Origin: Octopus sinensis
Lineage: Eukaryota
Reading direction: 5' to 3'
DNA: 64,000 nt
Assembly: GCF_006345805.1 (NCBI RefSeq)
Contig: NC_043004.1
Span: forward strand, 22,196,001-22,260,000
Shown: piece after piece, positions 13,701-28,129 of the stretch
Layout of the letters: each line of letters opens with the position of its first letter
Position numbering within the stretch: position 1 is the first letter of the stretch
Notes under the pieces: model-generated
Databases searched by the model: none
What the model saw: only the letters and a program-made list of their open reading frames with translations
Told to the model about the DNA's origin: nothing
Position numbers and translations under genes: made by a program

Positions 13701-15032
13701 TTTGTAAAATTAGAAACCAAACATGTTGAAATAATAGAAACTTGAAAAGATAATTTTTATGTTTTCTTTGAAAAAACTTAACACTGAATGTAAATATATA
13801 TTCAGTTAAACATGGATTACGATTTGGCACAATGCAGAATATTTTCTGTGTATCGTAGCAAGCAACATTTATGTTTAAAGCAAACGTTCTATAAATTTCA
13901 TTAAAACGCGGAAATATAATTTCCGACTTGTATAATTAAAAATATAGCTGGAAGCATTTACAACGCTTTTATTAATCCGTTACCAAATCTTCTTAAATAA
14001 ATCATTGTAAATAAGTGAAAAAATATTTTAATGAAAGAAACTTTATTTATGAAATGTATAACTTATCGGTTTAGCAGTTCGATATCTTCATACAAGCCAG
14101 ACTTCATTCATTTTCAATTCAATGAAATTCAGTGGATTTGTAAATATTTGTTATTGGTAAGTGATGGACAACATCGTTAAATATTAGAGCAATTGTTAGG
14201 TAGTTTGTGTCTGATTTAAAGTCCCATGAACGAGGGAGTTTCATGTCTCCGAGGTCTATCAAGTACAATTGAGTCCTTTCTTCTCCCACTCTCTAAGAAT
14301 CAATTACATTTCTCACATACAATCCCGGAAAATTCTTCTAAAACTATACATGATGGCCATGGATGGCGCGATGTTGTTTGCAGTATGAAACATTTTCAAC
14401 AAAAATAATTTAAATTTCGGAGTTGCTTTTTGTGACATTCCTAACCAGAATTACCCATTTTTCTGATCATTAAGAAAATAGAAAATACGTCATCCCCAGA
14501 TTGCGAAATCAGGTCTGAATGCTTGCAACTAAATGAGCTTTCATCAAAGAACCAACAGTCAGATAGTTGTGTTAAACTGGCCGCCGGATTAAGTATAGCT
14601 CTCAAGAAATCAATTACATTCTCTAAATTGGAACGATATACTTTATAGTCTTCAGGAAGAGAACTTCTAAGACAATATCACTAATTTTAGAAACTGCAAA
14701 TAAAACATATAGTCATTCAAGTATTTGTTTATCAGCTGTCTATGTGTCTGTCATATAATAAAATTATATTGATACATGGAATATTAGAAGTGGGTATATG
14801 ATAATTACATTTCAAATCCTTAAAAGTGATTATTACTTCATATACAAAGCCGGAAACAATGTACGGATAAGGAAAGAAACCTTCATCAAATATAGAATGC
14901 AGACATCAGTAGATCGAGACATATATTAATGCAGTTATGTAGAGCGTGTTTAAGAACCAAGAAAATATTAGCTTCATTATTTGAAACACACACACACACA
15001 CATTCACACTTATACACACACATAAATGTATA

Positions 15033-15063
<31 letters not shown>

Positions 15064-15068
15064 GTTTA

Positions 15069-15118
<50 letters not shown>

Positions 15119-16914
15119 AAAATGTATGACTTCACTGGTAGTTTTAATCAGCTTGGACTTTAATCCTATCTATAGAATATATACGCATATGCATATTGAG
15201 ACAGAAAAAATATTTATACACTATTGTAAGTTGGTTATTTACTGTGTAAACGCTTAAGACTGAATATCACGTATTATTTGTCCTGTCCCTCTACACTTAG
15301 TGATCATTTGATTACTGAATGGTAAGAGACCACACCACCCACGGTCAAGTTACTCTTTTGATCTTTTCGGCTTCAATAAAAAAAATAATGAATACAGGTT
15401 AGTTGAGTGATTAAACGTAACATTTTGGGCCCTGTTACTTTGATATACTCGTTTCAGTTTTCTACATTCCGATTGAAATTTGGCAGACGTTCCATGCTTA
15501 CACCCTCACTTAACCGCTGACCTCGTGGCAAGTCACATTTTTATAATAAACCCCGCCTTACGGAGTCGAGAGAGGTTTTATTTTTCCCTGCACGCATTTG
15601 CTCGGCTAAACCATGTATTACATCTTTGTCCATACGCAATGATGAATATCACAATGAGATGTGAACCATTGTAAGATAACTTATATTTTGCATCTCAGTA
15701 GCACCTATACCGAATTCGAGTGACTGAGTCAGAAACTTATTTATTCTACTGATATTGATGGCTATCATCCGTTTGTTAGTTGTGAAGCAAAACAAATATG
15801 CTAATAATTTGAGTTTGTTTACATTAACTGTTAAGTGTACCATCATTATCACATTTTATTTCTTTTATCCATCAAGCGTCCTCACATTAAATCGGTTTTC
15901 ATTTTTATTTATATTTGATTTCGTTTTCCCCCAAAATATTTTCCATGATTGTTCCGTGTCGTCTCCTAAAAATGTATCATTTTCAGCATTGGTTTGTTGA
16001 ATTCAAACCAGTATTCGATAATCAGAATATGTATGAATTAAAGCACATTATATCACGTTGCTCCAATACATTTGCGTAAAGTATATCCCACTTACTTTCT
16101 GCATTCACATCTATGCTAAACCATTGAATGTACAACGCTACACAGATTGTATTGTGTGACACTTGGTCATAAAGTCGGAATGTCAGTACAGGAACTATAT
16201 AAAAATTACAACATAAAATATCCAATGTTCAAATATTTGTGCAATTCCTCCATTGCTGATTCCATTAACAGTTCAATAGTATTAGTCGGATACCCATTAT
16301 TTAATCAATAGAACTCCAATATATATATGTATACACACACACACACATATATACACACACAATTTTGGTACTCCAGTCTTTTGGAGATCAGTGAATATTG
16401 ATACACAATGTTCTTGATTTTTTTTTTCGTTTTTAGGGTTTGTCATTATGTATAAGAATATAGAAAATGTAAGTAATTGGTAGACCATGTTTAGAATATA
16501 AGTGAAAAAACTATTTTGCTCTTATGTGGGATTGGATCACCTATGTATATTATCGAACCTAGAAAATAAAGAGGTCAAATTCATGTCCACTCAGTTGAAT
16601 GAATAGTGAATTAGCTTCGGCAAATATGATCAACATCAGAGAAAGTTAACCATTAGTCTATATTTTTTTAAAGTGTACTTTCTGTTTGTGTAGCAGTCTG
16701 TGTTATATAAATGAAGGCCTCCCATTACATTAATTCAACATGTCAATATATTGAGTATTGACTATTGTATAGGCACATCTAGAAGATTATGATGTGAATA
16801 TTATTGTAACCATGAGTTATATACACATATAGAGATCTTATAAAGAGATACACACATGTAAACCCACGCTCACATTAATGCGCTCGTTTGCGGTCTTTTG
16901 GTGTGGTGGTTTTG

Positions 16915-17170
16915 CAGAATCACAAGAGTGGCGGACAAAATGCTCATTACCGTTTCTTCTAGCTTTCTATATACCGAGTTCGAATTTTGCCAATATTAGC
17001 TTTGTCTTTAATCCCACTAGTGTCTAGATCTGGGGTCAAATTCATCGATTAAACGCTCCCCTACAAACTGCTACGTTCGTGTCAAAAGTAGGTGTTGTTA
17101 TTATTATCATAGAATCTAAGCACGCCGGGAAGAATGGTAAGCAGCATTTCATCTGTCTTTACGCTCTGAG
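16915..17170 (+). mobile_element. Decayed tRNA-derived SINE (family of 29352-29560) plus a second head remnant
   Basis: B-box-like gagttcgaattttgcc, followed by tagctttgtctttaatcc and ctggggtcaaattcatcgatt, matching the body of the cleaner copies at 29352-29560 and 36099-36315. Confidence 0.5.
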
Positions 17171-17199
17171 TTTAAACTCGGTCGTGGTCGACTTGACAT

Positions 17200-17530
17200 T
17201 TCTTCCTTTTGGGAACGATAAAATAAGTATCAGTTGAGCACTGAGATTGATATGAAACTTCTGCCTCACAGATGATAGTGTTTATCTTATACGCTTCGCC
17301 AATTTGGCAACCTTCAGGGTCTCGACAGTTACAACTGGAAGCGGACCCTTCGTGAGGCTTGCGATTGACAATGTTCTTCATACCGAGGCAGCAGTTATGT
17401 ATTTTTATCGAATTTCTACTAAAATGTTCTATGGGGAAATCCTTATTTGAATGGGCCTAGAATTTCTTGCTTTCGGTGAAGCTTGCCAGGTGCCTATGAT
17501 AAATTCTTTCGTCTTCGTGACAAATGTCAA
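17200..17530 (-). mobile_element. Penelope-like fragment, inverted 5' part (HFP...CNCR...EAEV region)
   Basis: Minus-strand translation DFPIEHFSRNSIKIHNCCLGMKNIVNRK...SCNCRDPEGCQIGEAYKINTIICEAEVS...TY resembles the PLE linker and GIY-YIG N-terminal part. Confidence 0.6.
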
Positions 17531-17539
17531 AGGAAACCT

Positions 17540-17790
17540 TCAAGGTAACCTAACTGAAAGGAAAAATTACACCGTTTTAAGCAAAAGCAATTTTAATCTT
17601 CTGTCCTGAACATCGATAAAAGTAAATGCTCCAAGTTGGCTAGCAACTTATGGGGTTTCAAGACCAAGTGCACACCTCGTAAATTCAAGTGGGAAATAAT
17701 GGAGAAATTGATGCCATTTGCAAATGGATATAAGTGATTCAAGTTATGCGTAGTGGTAAGATCGTACGTTCTTTTCAAATCCATGAATTA
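17540..17790 (+). mobile_element. Penelope-like fragment, 3' part of GIY-YIG domain (plus strand)
   Basis: Plus-strand translation GNLTE...KSNFN...SKLASNLWGFKTK...KFKWEIMEKLMPFANGYK*FKLC resembles the PLE pattern G.TE..FK.R...H..SF...LS..IW.LK...W.I...PY...C.LC. Confidence 0.5.
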
Positions 17791-18519
17791 CACTACTTAA
17801 TTTCAGGTATGAAATTTTTAGCAAATGCAAGCATATGGTGAAATTTCCTTTTTCGGACTATACCACCATCTCCGGACTATACTTTGGTCTTCTGTCCGTT
17901 GAATTATTCCACAACAGCTTGTGTAATTAGGATTTCTACGGTGAAAGAGAACGTAACAGTAATTTTCAATCTTCTTTTCCTTTCTTTTCCCGTATTTATT
18001 CATTCTTTGTCGTCTACAGGCACCAGTTTTTGCAAAACAATACGTGGCCAGTCTCACGTATTTATTTACACAATAGATATGTGTAACGATATATTTAATC
18101 GTATAAAAATACATTTTTGATTTATAGAAACTCTCCCCTCATTCAGAGAGTATAGGCCAGCTGTTTGGTGGCAATTAGTACTTTCTCCAAATGAAAAGGT
18201 AACAGTCTTCAGGACTAGGAATTGATAAGGTGCTAAAGAAAAGATAGCTTGATTGTCTGATGATAGGAGATACAGTTAAAATTTTCTGTTGTGACATAAA
18301 AAGTAGGACACGCTTTGCAATCTTAACGAATAGTCAAAAGAGAGATATATTGCTTTCGTATAAGAGAAAACTTTTAACGTTCTGGTTTGGGTTTATCGGA
18401 AAATATTAATTCAATATATGAAGAGAGGAAGATATGTTTATTAATTTCACTCATATGTTACGAAGTCTATATTCCTCACTCTCTATCTGCAAACATAGGA
18501 AGAATGAGAAAGGTATACG

Positions 18520-19048
18520 CTGAGTCTCACGGAGGCAATACCAAGTGACCGAGACCTTGTGGGATATGCCGTGCTTGAAAAGATAAGTGAAATCGTAGTC
18601 GTGGCCAATGCTGGAGCTACGTAACTGGCACCCGTGCCTGTGGCACATAGAAATTACCAATCGAGCATTGGGCCTCACAGAGTGAATATGGCCGATGCCA
18701 GTGTCGTGTCACTAGCACCCGTGCTGCTGGCAGGTAAAAAGCGCATTTCGAGCGTTGAGACTCACGGAAGCAATGACAAGTGACCGAGACGCTTGATGAT
18801 ATGCCGTGCTTGAGAACAAGACCCAGCAAGGCAAGTCAAATCGTAGACGTGGCAAATACTGATGTCACGCAACTGGCACCAGTGCCGGTGGCACGTAAAG
18901 GCACCTATTACACTCTCGGAGTGCTTGACGTTAGGAAGTGCACATCCAACCATAGAAACCATGCTAAATTAGATTGGAATGTGGTGCAGCCCCCAGGTTC
19001 CTATCCCTGGTCAAAATGTCCAACGGACGTTAAATGATGATGATGGTG
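18520..19048 (+). mobile_element. Tandem-subunit repeat resembling an RTE-type LINE 3' UTR or RTE-related SINE, with (GAT)n tail
   Basis: Two ~140-bp related units (18522-18657, 18757-18905) share ctcacgga.gcaat..caagtgaccgagac and atatgccgtgcttga. Recurrent ggcacgtaaa(aa)gcac motif. Ends cggacgttaaatgatgatgatggtgat. The family assignment is from recall. Confidence 0.5.
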
Positions 19049-20004
19049 ATATATATATATATGCAAAATTAAATGGAAAAAATATAGGGCGATGGTGATA
19101 TACGCCATTCGATAAACTTGTTTGTTTTTACTATTGATGCATACATTCATGCATACATATATGTATATTTATATGAATATGCATATACATATTAATACAT
19201 GTGTGAATATGTAAGTGTGTGTGTGCGTGTGTGGTGGGGGAGGGAGCACACACGCCTGACTGAGTGTTGAGTGCTAAATTCGTTTACAATGCCATATCTG
19301 AATGGGTGCCCCGAAAATAGACGAGCAATTTTATGAAAAATATTATCATTTATATGTGTTTCGTTTTTACATTGATTTACATACGTCAAATGAACGTATG
19401 TTAGTTTCTAAAGAAAGAATGAAGTTTATAAAGAATGTATATTTTGCTGTTTATTTTTAGAAACATCTGTAACAGCTGTTTTAAACACGATGATAATATT
19501 AGTAAGAAATAACAACAAATAACTTCTCTTTCAGATCCATTAAAATATGAATATTTGCATGTCAAAGGAATTGCTAAAACGACAACACAATGGACATATG
19601 GAGGTGATAAGGTGCTGTGAAAACAAAAATCCTCTTTTGGAATAAACGAAGCTGAATTCCATGAGGTAACATGGAGTGGGGTAAATAAGAGGATGATGCA
19701 CTTAGTAGGGGGGTATAGGAAAGACAATAAAAGGAGATAGAGTAAATGATAATAAAAGGCGGCAAACAACAAGGGAGCGAAGGGGCAAAAACATCAAACC
19801 TGAACCGCAAACCGCAATAGAGTGCTAGATGTATGGAAGCATATTTACTGCTTCCACGGGTATTAATTGTCTCTATACAACATTAAGGAAATTAAGTGAA
19901 TAAGGAAGTATCATGAAGAATCGTGGATTCGAAAGCACTCGCAAGGAAATTAACTATAACATCAATCGACAAACGCCACTCTAGTTTACCTGCCATATAT
20001 ATAT

Positions 20005-20010
20005 AGGGTA

Positions 20011-20048
<38 letters not shown>

Positions 20049-20112
20049 ATATCTATCTATCTATCTATATATCTATCTATCTGTCTATCACTCTCTCTCT
20101 CTCTCTAACTCC

Positions 20113-20166
<54 letters not shown>

Positions 20167-20335
20167 GTATATATGTGTGTGTGTGTAAATATGTATATAT
20201 GTATGTATATGTGGCATATGCATATATATGTAAGTATATATATATGTGTATATATGTATATATACATGTATATGTAGGTATATGCATGTATGTATGTATA
20301 TATATGTAAATAGCCATCTATCTATCTATTTATCT
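20005..20335. repeat. Compound (CTAT)n-(CT)n-(TA)n-(TATG)n microsatellite
   Basis: Read directly from the sequence. Confidence 0.95.
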
Positions 20336-22148
20336 ATCTTCCTCCATTCCTTTCTTTCTTCCTTTATATCAAAAAACTTTTTATAGAAAATTATATCTTA
20401 CACCTTCTTGTACTTTAATGCCTTTTTATTATTTTTTTATCTTTATTTTCTTTTATCGTCATGTATTGTCTTTTATAACCAATCCTACGAATGGTATTAT
20501 CCCGTTATGTTACTATATATAGTGTTCTGAATATCAGCGCCGTGTTTTTCTGTAATAATAAACTTATAGTGAAGCTAACATTCTTTCTGTTAGAATGTCT
20601 CAAATGTGTCTTTATTGCTGAAACCGTTTTAGTTTTAACACACTTCCGGAAAAGAATACTCTGTGGACACTATCGTTTGACTATGTCTATTGTAGGGAAC
20701 ATCATTCAATTTTCTATATTTTTAGTTGATCATATCGAGTGCAGTACTTATTTCAATCTAGTTCTTCATGCATTAATCTCAGTTGCGAAATTGCCAACTT
20801 AAGAGGAATAAAGTAACACGAAGCTATAGCGGTTTTCAAAAAGTTAGAGATCAAATGCAAAGACAGGCAAGGATCACGCACACATCTACTAATCCATTCA
20901 CAGTATATGCGAAAATATGTGTGTGTGTGTGTGTTTGCAAGTGTGCATGCGTGTGAATAACTGCTTTTAGTTAACATATCACCCTCTATCTGTTTATTTT
21001 CCAACATGTGCACATACACACGCACGCACACACGCACACATGCACACACACACAATCACACACACACACGCATACACACACATATACACACACACACAAG
21101 CGTGTGCCACACTTTAGAAAATTGAACCGGGAAGTCAATAGAACTGAAGAGGCGTGGTATACACGCTTCCTCCACCTGATAAAAATAATATGACAAACTT
21201 CTTGAAAGCGGAAGCATGCATTAGATAATGTACTGGCTCACGGAAAAATAGGGATGCTTGCAGTTCCCTCCATTAATAAATCTGCTCTATTAAGGTTAGC
21301 TTGCAGAGAATGAACGAAACAAAAAAGATAGTTGGTTGTCAACTATCTGTGGTTGATCAACGTTCGGTATATAGGAATCTAATGTTTACAAGTTATGTTC
21401 TGTCGCCTTGACATAGAATGACGACATTGGAGAATGTTGTCCCACTCCTAAAGAGAAGAAATGGCCATTGCTAAAATGGTTTTGATGATAGGTTTTTCTT
21501 GATCAGAAATAACCACTTAAGGCGGGAAACATCAACCAATACATGTGATGGCTTGTAGATAATCCGTTTCCTCTCTGTTTCATCTACCGATGTTACAACG
21601 AGATTTCATTTTATGAATTGCTAAACTCTGTATCTCATTGATTTAGAACTTAATATTTCAGAGCAGGAATAGAAAAATAGGTTGATGTTAATATATTTAA
21701 ATTTTTATCTAATTCACACCATTTCGAAATAATTTGATAATTTTGATATATTTATATATATCGTGACTAGCGCAACTGCTGCACCAAAGAATCATTTGAT
21801 ACGGGTAATATGGTCCTGGTTAATCATAGGTTCGCTGTATTTGCAGTAACAACATGGACGAGGCTATGCTCTAATATGATGCAGAATATATATGCCACAT
21901 TAGACTTCATTCATAAGGTATCAGCTTTACAAATTTCTACCTGACAAATTCCGCGGATATAAATGCATATGCAGATGTACATATAGACACACCATACATA
22001 AATACACCTGTAGAGATTCACACTCTCATGCACACTCACACTCTCATGCACACTCACACATATACTCACATTTCCACACATGTCCACCCTCTCTTCTCTT
22101 ACGCGCTCTTGTATATATGTATATATATATATATATATATAATATATA

Positions 22149-22232
<84 letters not shown>

Positions 22233-22299
22233 TTACACAGGCCTATTAAACATGGGAGTTTGTGGGGCATAAGTAACTGGGTGTACCCGAGTCCATTGT

Positions 22300-22470
22300 G
22301 AATCGTAGTCAGTCTGCCGCTGGGCTATATCCCAGTTCCAGACATAACTTTCTTATAGGATGAGTCGACTGAAGCAACGTGAAATGATGTACTTTGGCCA
22401 AGAACACAACATATAGCCCTTTCGAAGTCACACAACCACATCACTACTTGGCAGTCTGGTGAACAAGGTT
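22300..22470 (-). mobile_element. Decayed SINE (family of 56780-56990)
   Basis: gaagcaacgtgaaatgatgtactttggccaagaacacaac matches gagcaacatgggatgaagttttttgataaagaacacaac at ~56872-56910. Confidence 0.45.
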
Positions 22471-23674
22471 TTGTTTTTGTGTGAGATGCGAGTTGCTGTC
22501 GTTTTCTCCCCACTCTTATTTTATTTCACCGATTTCATGACACATGGTTTTCATATAATTAAATTAGTGCAATACTGTCTTACTGCTAACCAATTATGCA
22601 CAGTACAAGTTAAGGTTAGCTAAATGTCTAAAAAACAAAACAAATGCCAGTGTACCGTAAATACATTGCCGTTTTGATATCGTTCAATAAACTGGTAGAG
22701 TCTGAAATTTTTATTAATGCTTGACAGAATGTTTATATATATAATATTTACAGACATTATATAAGCTCAATAATTGGTGCATTCGAGCTGAGAACATAAT
22801 TAAAGTTCCAAACTTAACACAATTTCAAATTGAAGAATTCCACTGCCGATAGACGTGATCGGGCTTCAGTATATTTAATATTTATTGAAGAGATAACTCC
22901 TGTTCAATGAACATTGATCAACGTTAAAAAATGACGGAATAGCTCCGGGAAATGGGACTATATTATGATTTGTAATTACTGATAATTTGAAACCATTTTT
23001 ATTTTTAACTTGAAATCGCATATACTTTTATAACAAGATTTGTATTATCAAAACCAAATATTGGCATCAAAAAAATTTAAGGAATATATTTATGGCATCA
23101 AAAGAAATTCAATAGCACTTGGATGGCCAATGACTTGTACCTACATCAATATTAGAAAGCTAATTTCGTATTCGACATTATGCATGCTATCAGAGATAGG
23201 AACCATATTTACATTATTATATTGACTTCGTGTGGCATACAGAATGTTGCCTAATGTTATGTTATAATAAAATCTCGTTAAAATTGTCGACCAAATATAT
23301 AATATATATATATAAATACTTACATACAAACATATATATATGTATATATATAAATATACATATGTATACATAAATGCACACACATACATATGTCAGTATT
23401 GTTTCACGATTTCTTACTAATTTATGCATGTATGCATGTATATGACAAAATGAGTATCTCGTAGACTATGTGAGATCGGTAAAGTAGCTATCGGTAATCA
23501 AGTGGATATCGATCACATCGACTGAACAACTACACAATGTTTTTTTTTTAGATATTCTGCAACGATGATGAATTATTAATTCATAAATTGTACCATAATT
23601 TTAGCAGATAATCTGAGTTCTTTGTCATTTTTATGGGCGTAACTTGCGCTCTCTCTCCATATGTAAACCCACAC

Positions 23675-24470
23675 ACAGGGTGGATGAGAAGTAAGTAGGT
23701 ATTAAAATTCGTTATAATATCCATATTCCTTTACCAAATTTATCGAAACTAATGATACATGTTCTTTATTATATAGGAAACTGAGAAAATGAAAGTAAAT
23801 CTTCATATTTCAACGTAAGCTCTGTTGGTGTCAACCAGATTCTTCAAATAGCCAAGGGTGGAATGAAGAACCTTCTGAAGGACGTCGTCTGGGATATCAT
23901 TGAACATCTATCATTGGATCCGTGTCTCCAAGTCCTCCAGTGTGCGAAGTTTTGTCTTGTACACATCCTTTTTGTGTAGCCCTACAGGTAAAAATCACAT
24001 GGCATGAGATCTGGACTTCTTCGCGTTCTGGGCTTCTGGATTTCTGTGGCCACAGTCTTCAGGTTTTAGCTCCGGCACATAATGAGGGTTTCCATGTAAA
24101 GAAGTTTCTTTATGATACACCGTATGTATTGTGAGTGTTGTTCCTTTCATGAGCTGCTTGACGTGTTGATTTTGCGCGCGGCGATTAAACGTCTGCACAG
24201 TTGCCACGTCCTCCGGTGATCGGGATGTGATTGGCCGGCCACGTCTTGCATCGTTCGCAGAACCCGTGATAACTTTTTTATTGTCTCCAGACGTAGTGTT
24301 GCATGCTTACCTTTCCATGCACGCCACCATCCTTGAACCAAACGGATGGAATTCCACATTCCATAGCGCGTTGCCATCTTAGATCGCGCCTGAACAGTTA
24401 AGCGACCGGCCATCGGAAAAATAAGAAATGTTAAAGAAATCATCGGCTATCATTTGAAGACCAGATGAGG
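23675..24470 (-). mobile_element. Internally deleted Tc1/mariner-superfamily (maT/DD37D-like) transposase relic
   Basis: Minus strand gives N-terminal DARRGRPITSRSPEDVATVQ (HTH-linker SGRP-type motif). It also gives C-terminal PCDFYL*GY..., resembling PDLTP.DFFLWGYLK..VY...P.TLE.L. TIR-like acagggtgg at ~23675; no partner TIR found. Confidence 0.62.
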
Positions 24471-25485
24471 AAAAACGCACGTATACTAAAAATGGTCATG
24501 ACTGGAAAACAATTAATCATACGTATACTCAAATCAATCAGTGCAAATCTGGAACCAGTAAGATGAATAACAACAATAATTTAAATATGTGATAGGCGTA
24601 GTGTGGCGTAATTCGTTATGGGGCCAGAGGACAGCAGCAGAAATCTCCAAAGGAAGAACTCTTCATTCAAAAATGTATCTTGGCCCGTTAGTTCCTAATA
24701 TACCAAGAGAGCAGGGCCCACTATGTAATGATTCCTAGGTGTCTTCCTGCTGTTATTTAAATGCCACCTTTAGTGGCTATTGAACGCGGAACTTTTGTGT
24801 TCACACAGATCATGATATGAACTTGCAGTGCTTCTTATTCTCAAACAAGTATATTTGATAACGAAGATGTTTACACATGAAGTCCTATGTGGCATACAGC
24901 ATCAGGTAATCAAACCAATGTTATAGTTTATTCATTCATCCTCTTCCATTTTGAATCTTTCTTTATTTAAACTACTCCATTTTGTTTCAAATCACCCTTT
25001 TGTTTACTTAAATTTTTTTTTTTTCCTTCTAAAAGTGTTCTTATTGTCTTAGAGGTCATTGCTGCTGTTTTTATAGTTGTGATGACATTCATACAATCGT
25101 TGTTCTGCAAACGCATCAGAAGATTGTTTCTCTTGTTATCACTACTACAACATTTCTTGTAGGGTAGTGGTGAAGGAGCAGTTGGCTCAGAGTGATAGGG
25201 CAGATGCTGCTGGTTGTTACTCTAATAATAATTGTTAATCTAATCTAAACAGTTGTTGTTTTTGCTGTTGTTATATCAATAGAAATACAATATTTCAATT
25301 CGTTTTGAAGAGGCAAAATGGCTTCAACTCTAGTTGATTTGAGACTTCCAACTTCAGAAAAACTGTAGTCACTGAGACTGCGTTTCGGTAGAGCAATCTG
25401 CTTCCTTCTGGAATATAGTTCCATCTCACAAACATTGCTCTACTGGCACCAGCTCTATTATTTTCCCATTTTATAACTTCGTAGA

Positions 25486-25626
25486 TGTACACACACACAC
25501 ACACACACACGCACACACACACACACACGCACACACACACACAAGCACTTCAACATGCGTATATGGCCATCACAGAAAATTTAAAATAGATATATTATTT
25601 ATAACATATTGCATACACACACTCAG

Positions 25627-25669
<43 letters not shown>

Positions 25670-26006
25670 CGTATGTACATATATACATATATATACATAT
25701 ATAATATATATATGTATATATATATACACGTATATATATATACTTACATATATCTATATATATATATGCATATATATATATATATATATACGTATATACA
25801 GATATACATATATATATATATATATATACGTACATATGTATATATAAATATATATATATACATTTATACGTATATACATATATATACACATATATATATA
25901 CATGTATATACATATATACACATACGCACACACACACACATATATATATATAGATATACACATATATATATATACATATATAAGTATACAGGCGGAAATA
26001 TATATT
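25486..26006. repeat. Compound (CA)n/(TA)n/(TACA)n microsatellite
   Basis: Read directly from the sequence. Confidence 0.95.
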
Positions 26007-26718
26007 GATATGTTAATATGCATATGAAGTAGTGTTCTTACAAATACTTTGATGATTTATATAAAACACAACACTATAGTTGATGTCTGCTTGGTTGGCG
26101 TTTAAATAGATTGTTATGCAAAAGCATCAACGGTTTATTTACAATCAAACTGGGAAATACAAGATTCATGTATTGTTAAATAAACTTAATCTTGCATAAT
26201 TCTGTATCGATTACTCTAAAACCAGATTATGTTCAATATCTCATTGTGGTGCACCAAATAAAATCCTATTTGTTTCCAGCGAAAATAAGCTTGCAAAATA
26301 ATGTACATTGTACAAAATCTGAACTAATCTGACAATGCGTCTTGAAACACATGGCACTGTGAAAGAACGGGTCGTCTTATCGATTTATACAAAATTCTCA
26401 TAGAATATAATATAAAATCAGCAATTGTTGTTGAAAGGTTATATTTTTGGTCAACTTATATACAGATACGTATCAGAAATAAAGCCGCAATTTAGGAATC
26501 TATTTTGCTATGGGGAATAATGGTATATTTGCTGATCTCCGATGGGAAGTGTCACACATATACGTTGATAGGAAACATGAAACAATTATTATGATCTTGC
26601 ATGCATTCTAATTGTGCATGTACACCTACACACATGCACACGCACTCAAACATATACGCACATGTGTTTACGTGATGTGCATGTATGAATGCATGCGCGT
26701 GCCTGTGTGTGCATGTAA

Positions 26719-26771
<53 letters not shown>

Positions 26772-28129
26772 CATGAGTATATATTCACATATATGGTGTT
26801 AGTGTGTCTATATGTGCGTATTTGTGTTTATGTCTGTGCCTCTAAGCGTTTATCTTGTTACTATTCTTAATAAGGTCACGCTGCAGAATGTTTTCTATTT
26901 TCTATCGTATTAATGTAAATCCTGGTCTGTAATATTTTTGCTGTGGCAGTTATTTTTGTTCTCCTGTGTGAGACCAGCAAGTGTTTAGAAGCTGAGATGG
27001 TTTCTTTCAGGAATGCCTATAGGGTTAATCGTAAGAGAATCACGTCCAGATAGCTTTTACAGCTCTAAATTTGAAGACTTGTGTATCATATGTATATCTG
27101 TTTGTTTATGTGTGAGCGTGCATGTGTGTGTGTGTGTGTGTGTGCGTGTGTGTACATGATACGTATACATGAAATGAAATTAAACATAATTTAGAAAGAA
27201 AGCGGTTGTTTGTGGTTTGGTTGTAAATAAAACTCACTCTCTCGTGGTTTGTGGAATTAAGTCGAAGATCTTTTACATTGTTAACAATTATTTCAGCAGA
27301 TACAAGGATATAGCACTGAGATACGTTACTTCTCAGGATTTTCAACCATGCCTTTGTGATGACTGTACGAAGCATCAATTCTTCCATTTATATATGACAG
27401 ATAAATAAGCACGTTCATTGTATTTAAATAATCCATTTGTAATTCCACATCGAAATAGATGCTCTTACGATGATAAATAGCCATATTGGTTGCCAATTAC
27501 ATTAAAGCAGATTGAAGGATACAATTTTACAAGCTTTAATTTGGTTGCTCAACATGCCGGGGGCATGAGCCAACGTTCCTTTAAAAATTACACTTTTAAA
27601 GCATAAGAGTAACATAGGACAATGAAATACTACATATTCAAAAATACGTGATGTGGCTTACTTTATCGCCTTCGATTATACACTTGCCGCGGTTAATGCT
27701 GGTCTGGCGATTAACGATAACAACAGCAACAACGGTAGTAAATGCGATAACAACAGCAAAAAGAAGATATGCTGAATGAACGGGGTTCGTCTGGTAGTTT
27801 ACCTCTGAATAACATTTGACGGGAAGAAAATAATCATTTTAATATTTTCAAGTTAGATAAAAACATATTTCTCACTTTTATAGTAGAATGTTTTAATAAT
27901 GTGTCCTCCAAATAAGCCACTCTGATATTGTCTATTACATAATACTTTACAGTCCCGAGCATTGAGTAATTCCAGCTACGAAAACAAGTGGAGGAGTTGA
28001 TTATGAATGAGTGATGCTGGAGCATTAATTTCAACTCTTCTCACTCAGAAATGTATTTTTTCTAACAACGTAAATTGACATCAGATTGTTCAAAGAAGAC
28101 TTCGAAAGTAACTAATAGTGACCTCTCTT

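Noticed and set aside
24950-25480. Two stop-free minus-strand stretches ([22 protein letters not shown]... and SNNQQHLPYHSEPTAPSP...)
   Set aside because: They are separated by stops in all frames, have no convincing splice sites and show no recognisable homology. Probably chance.
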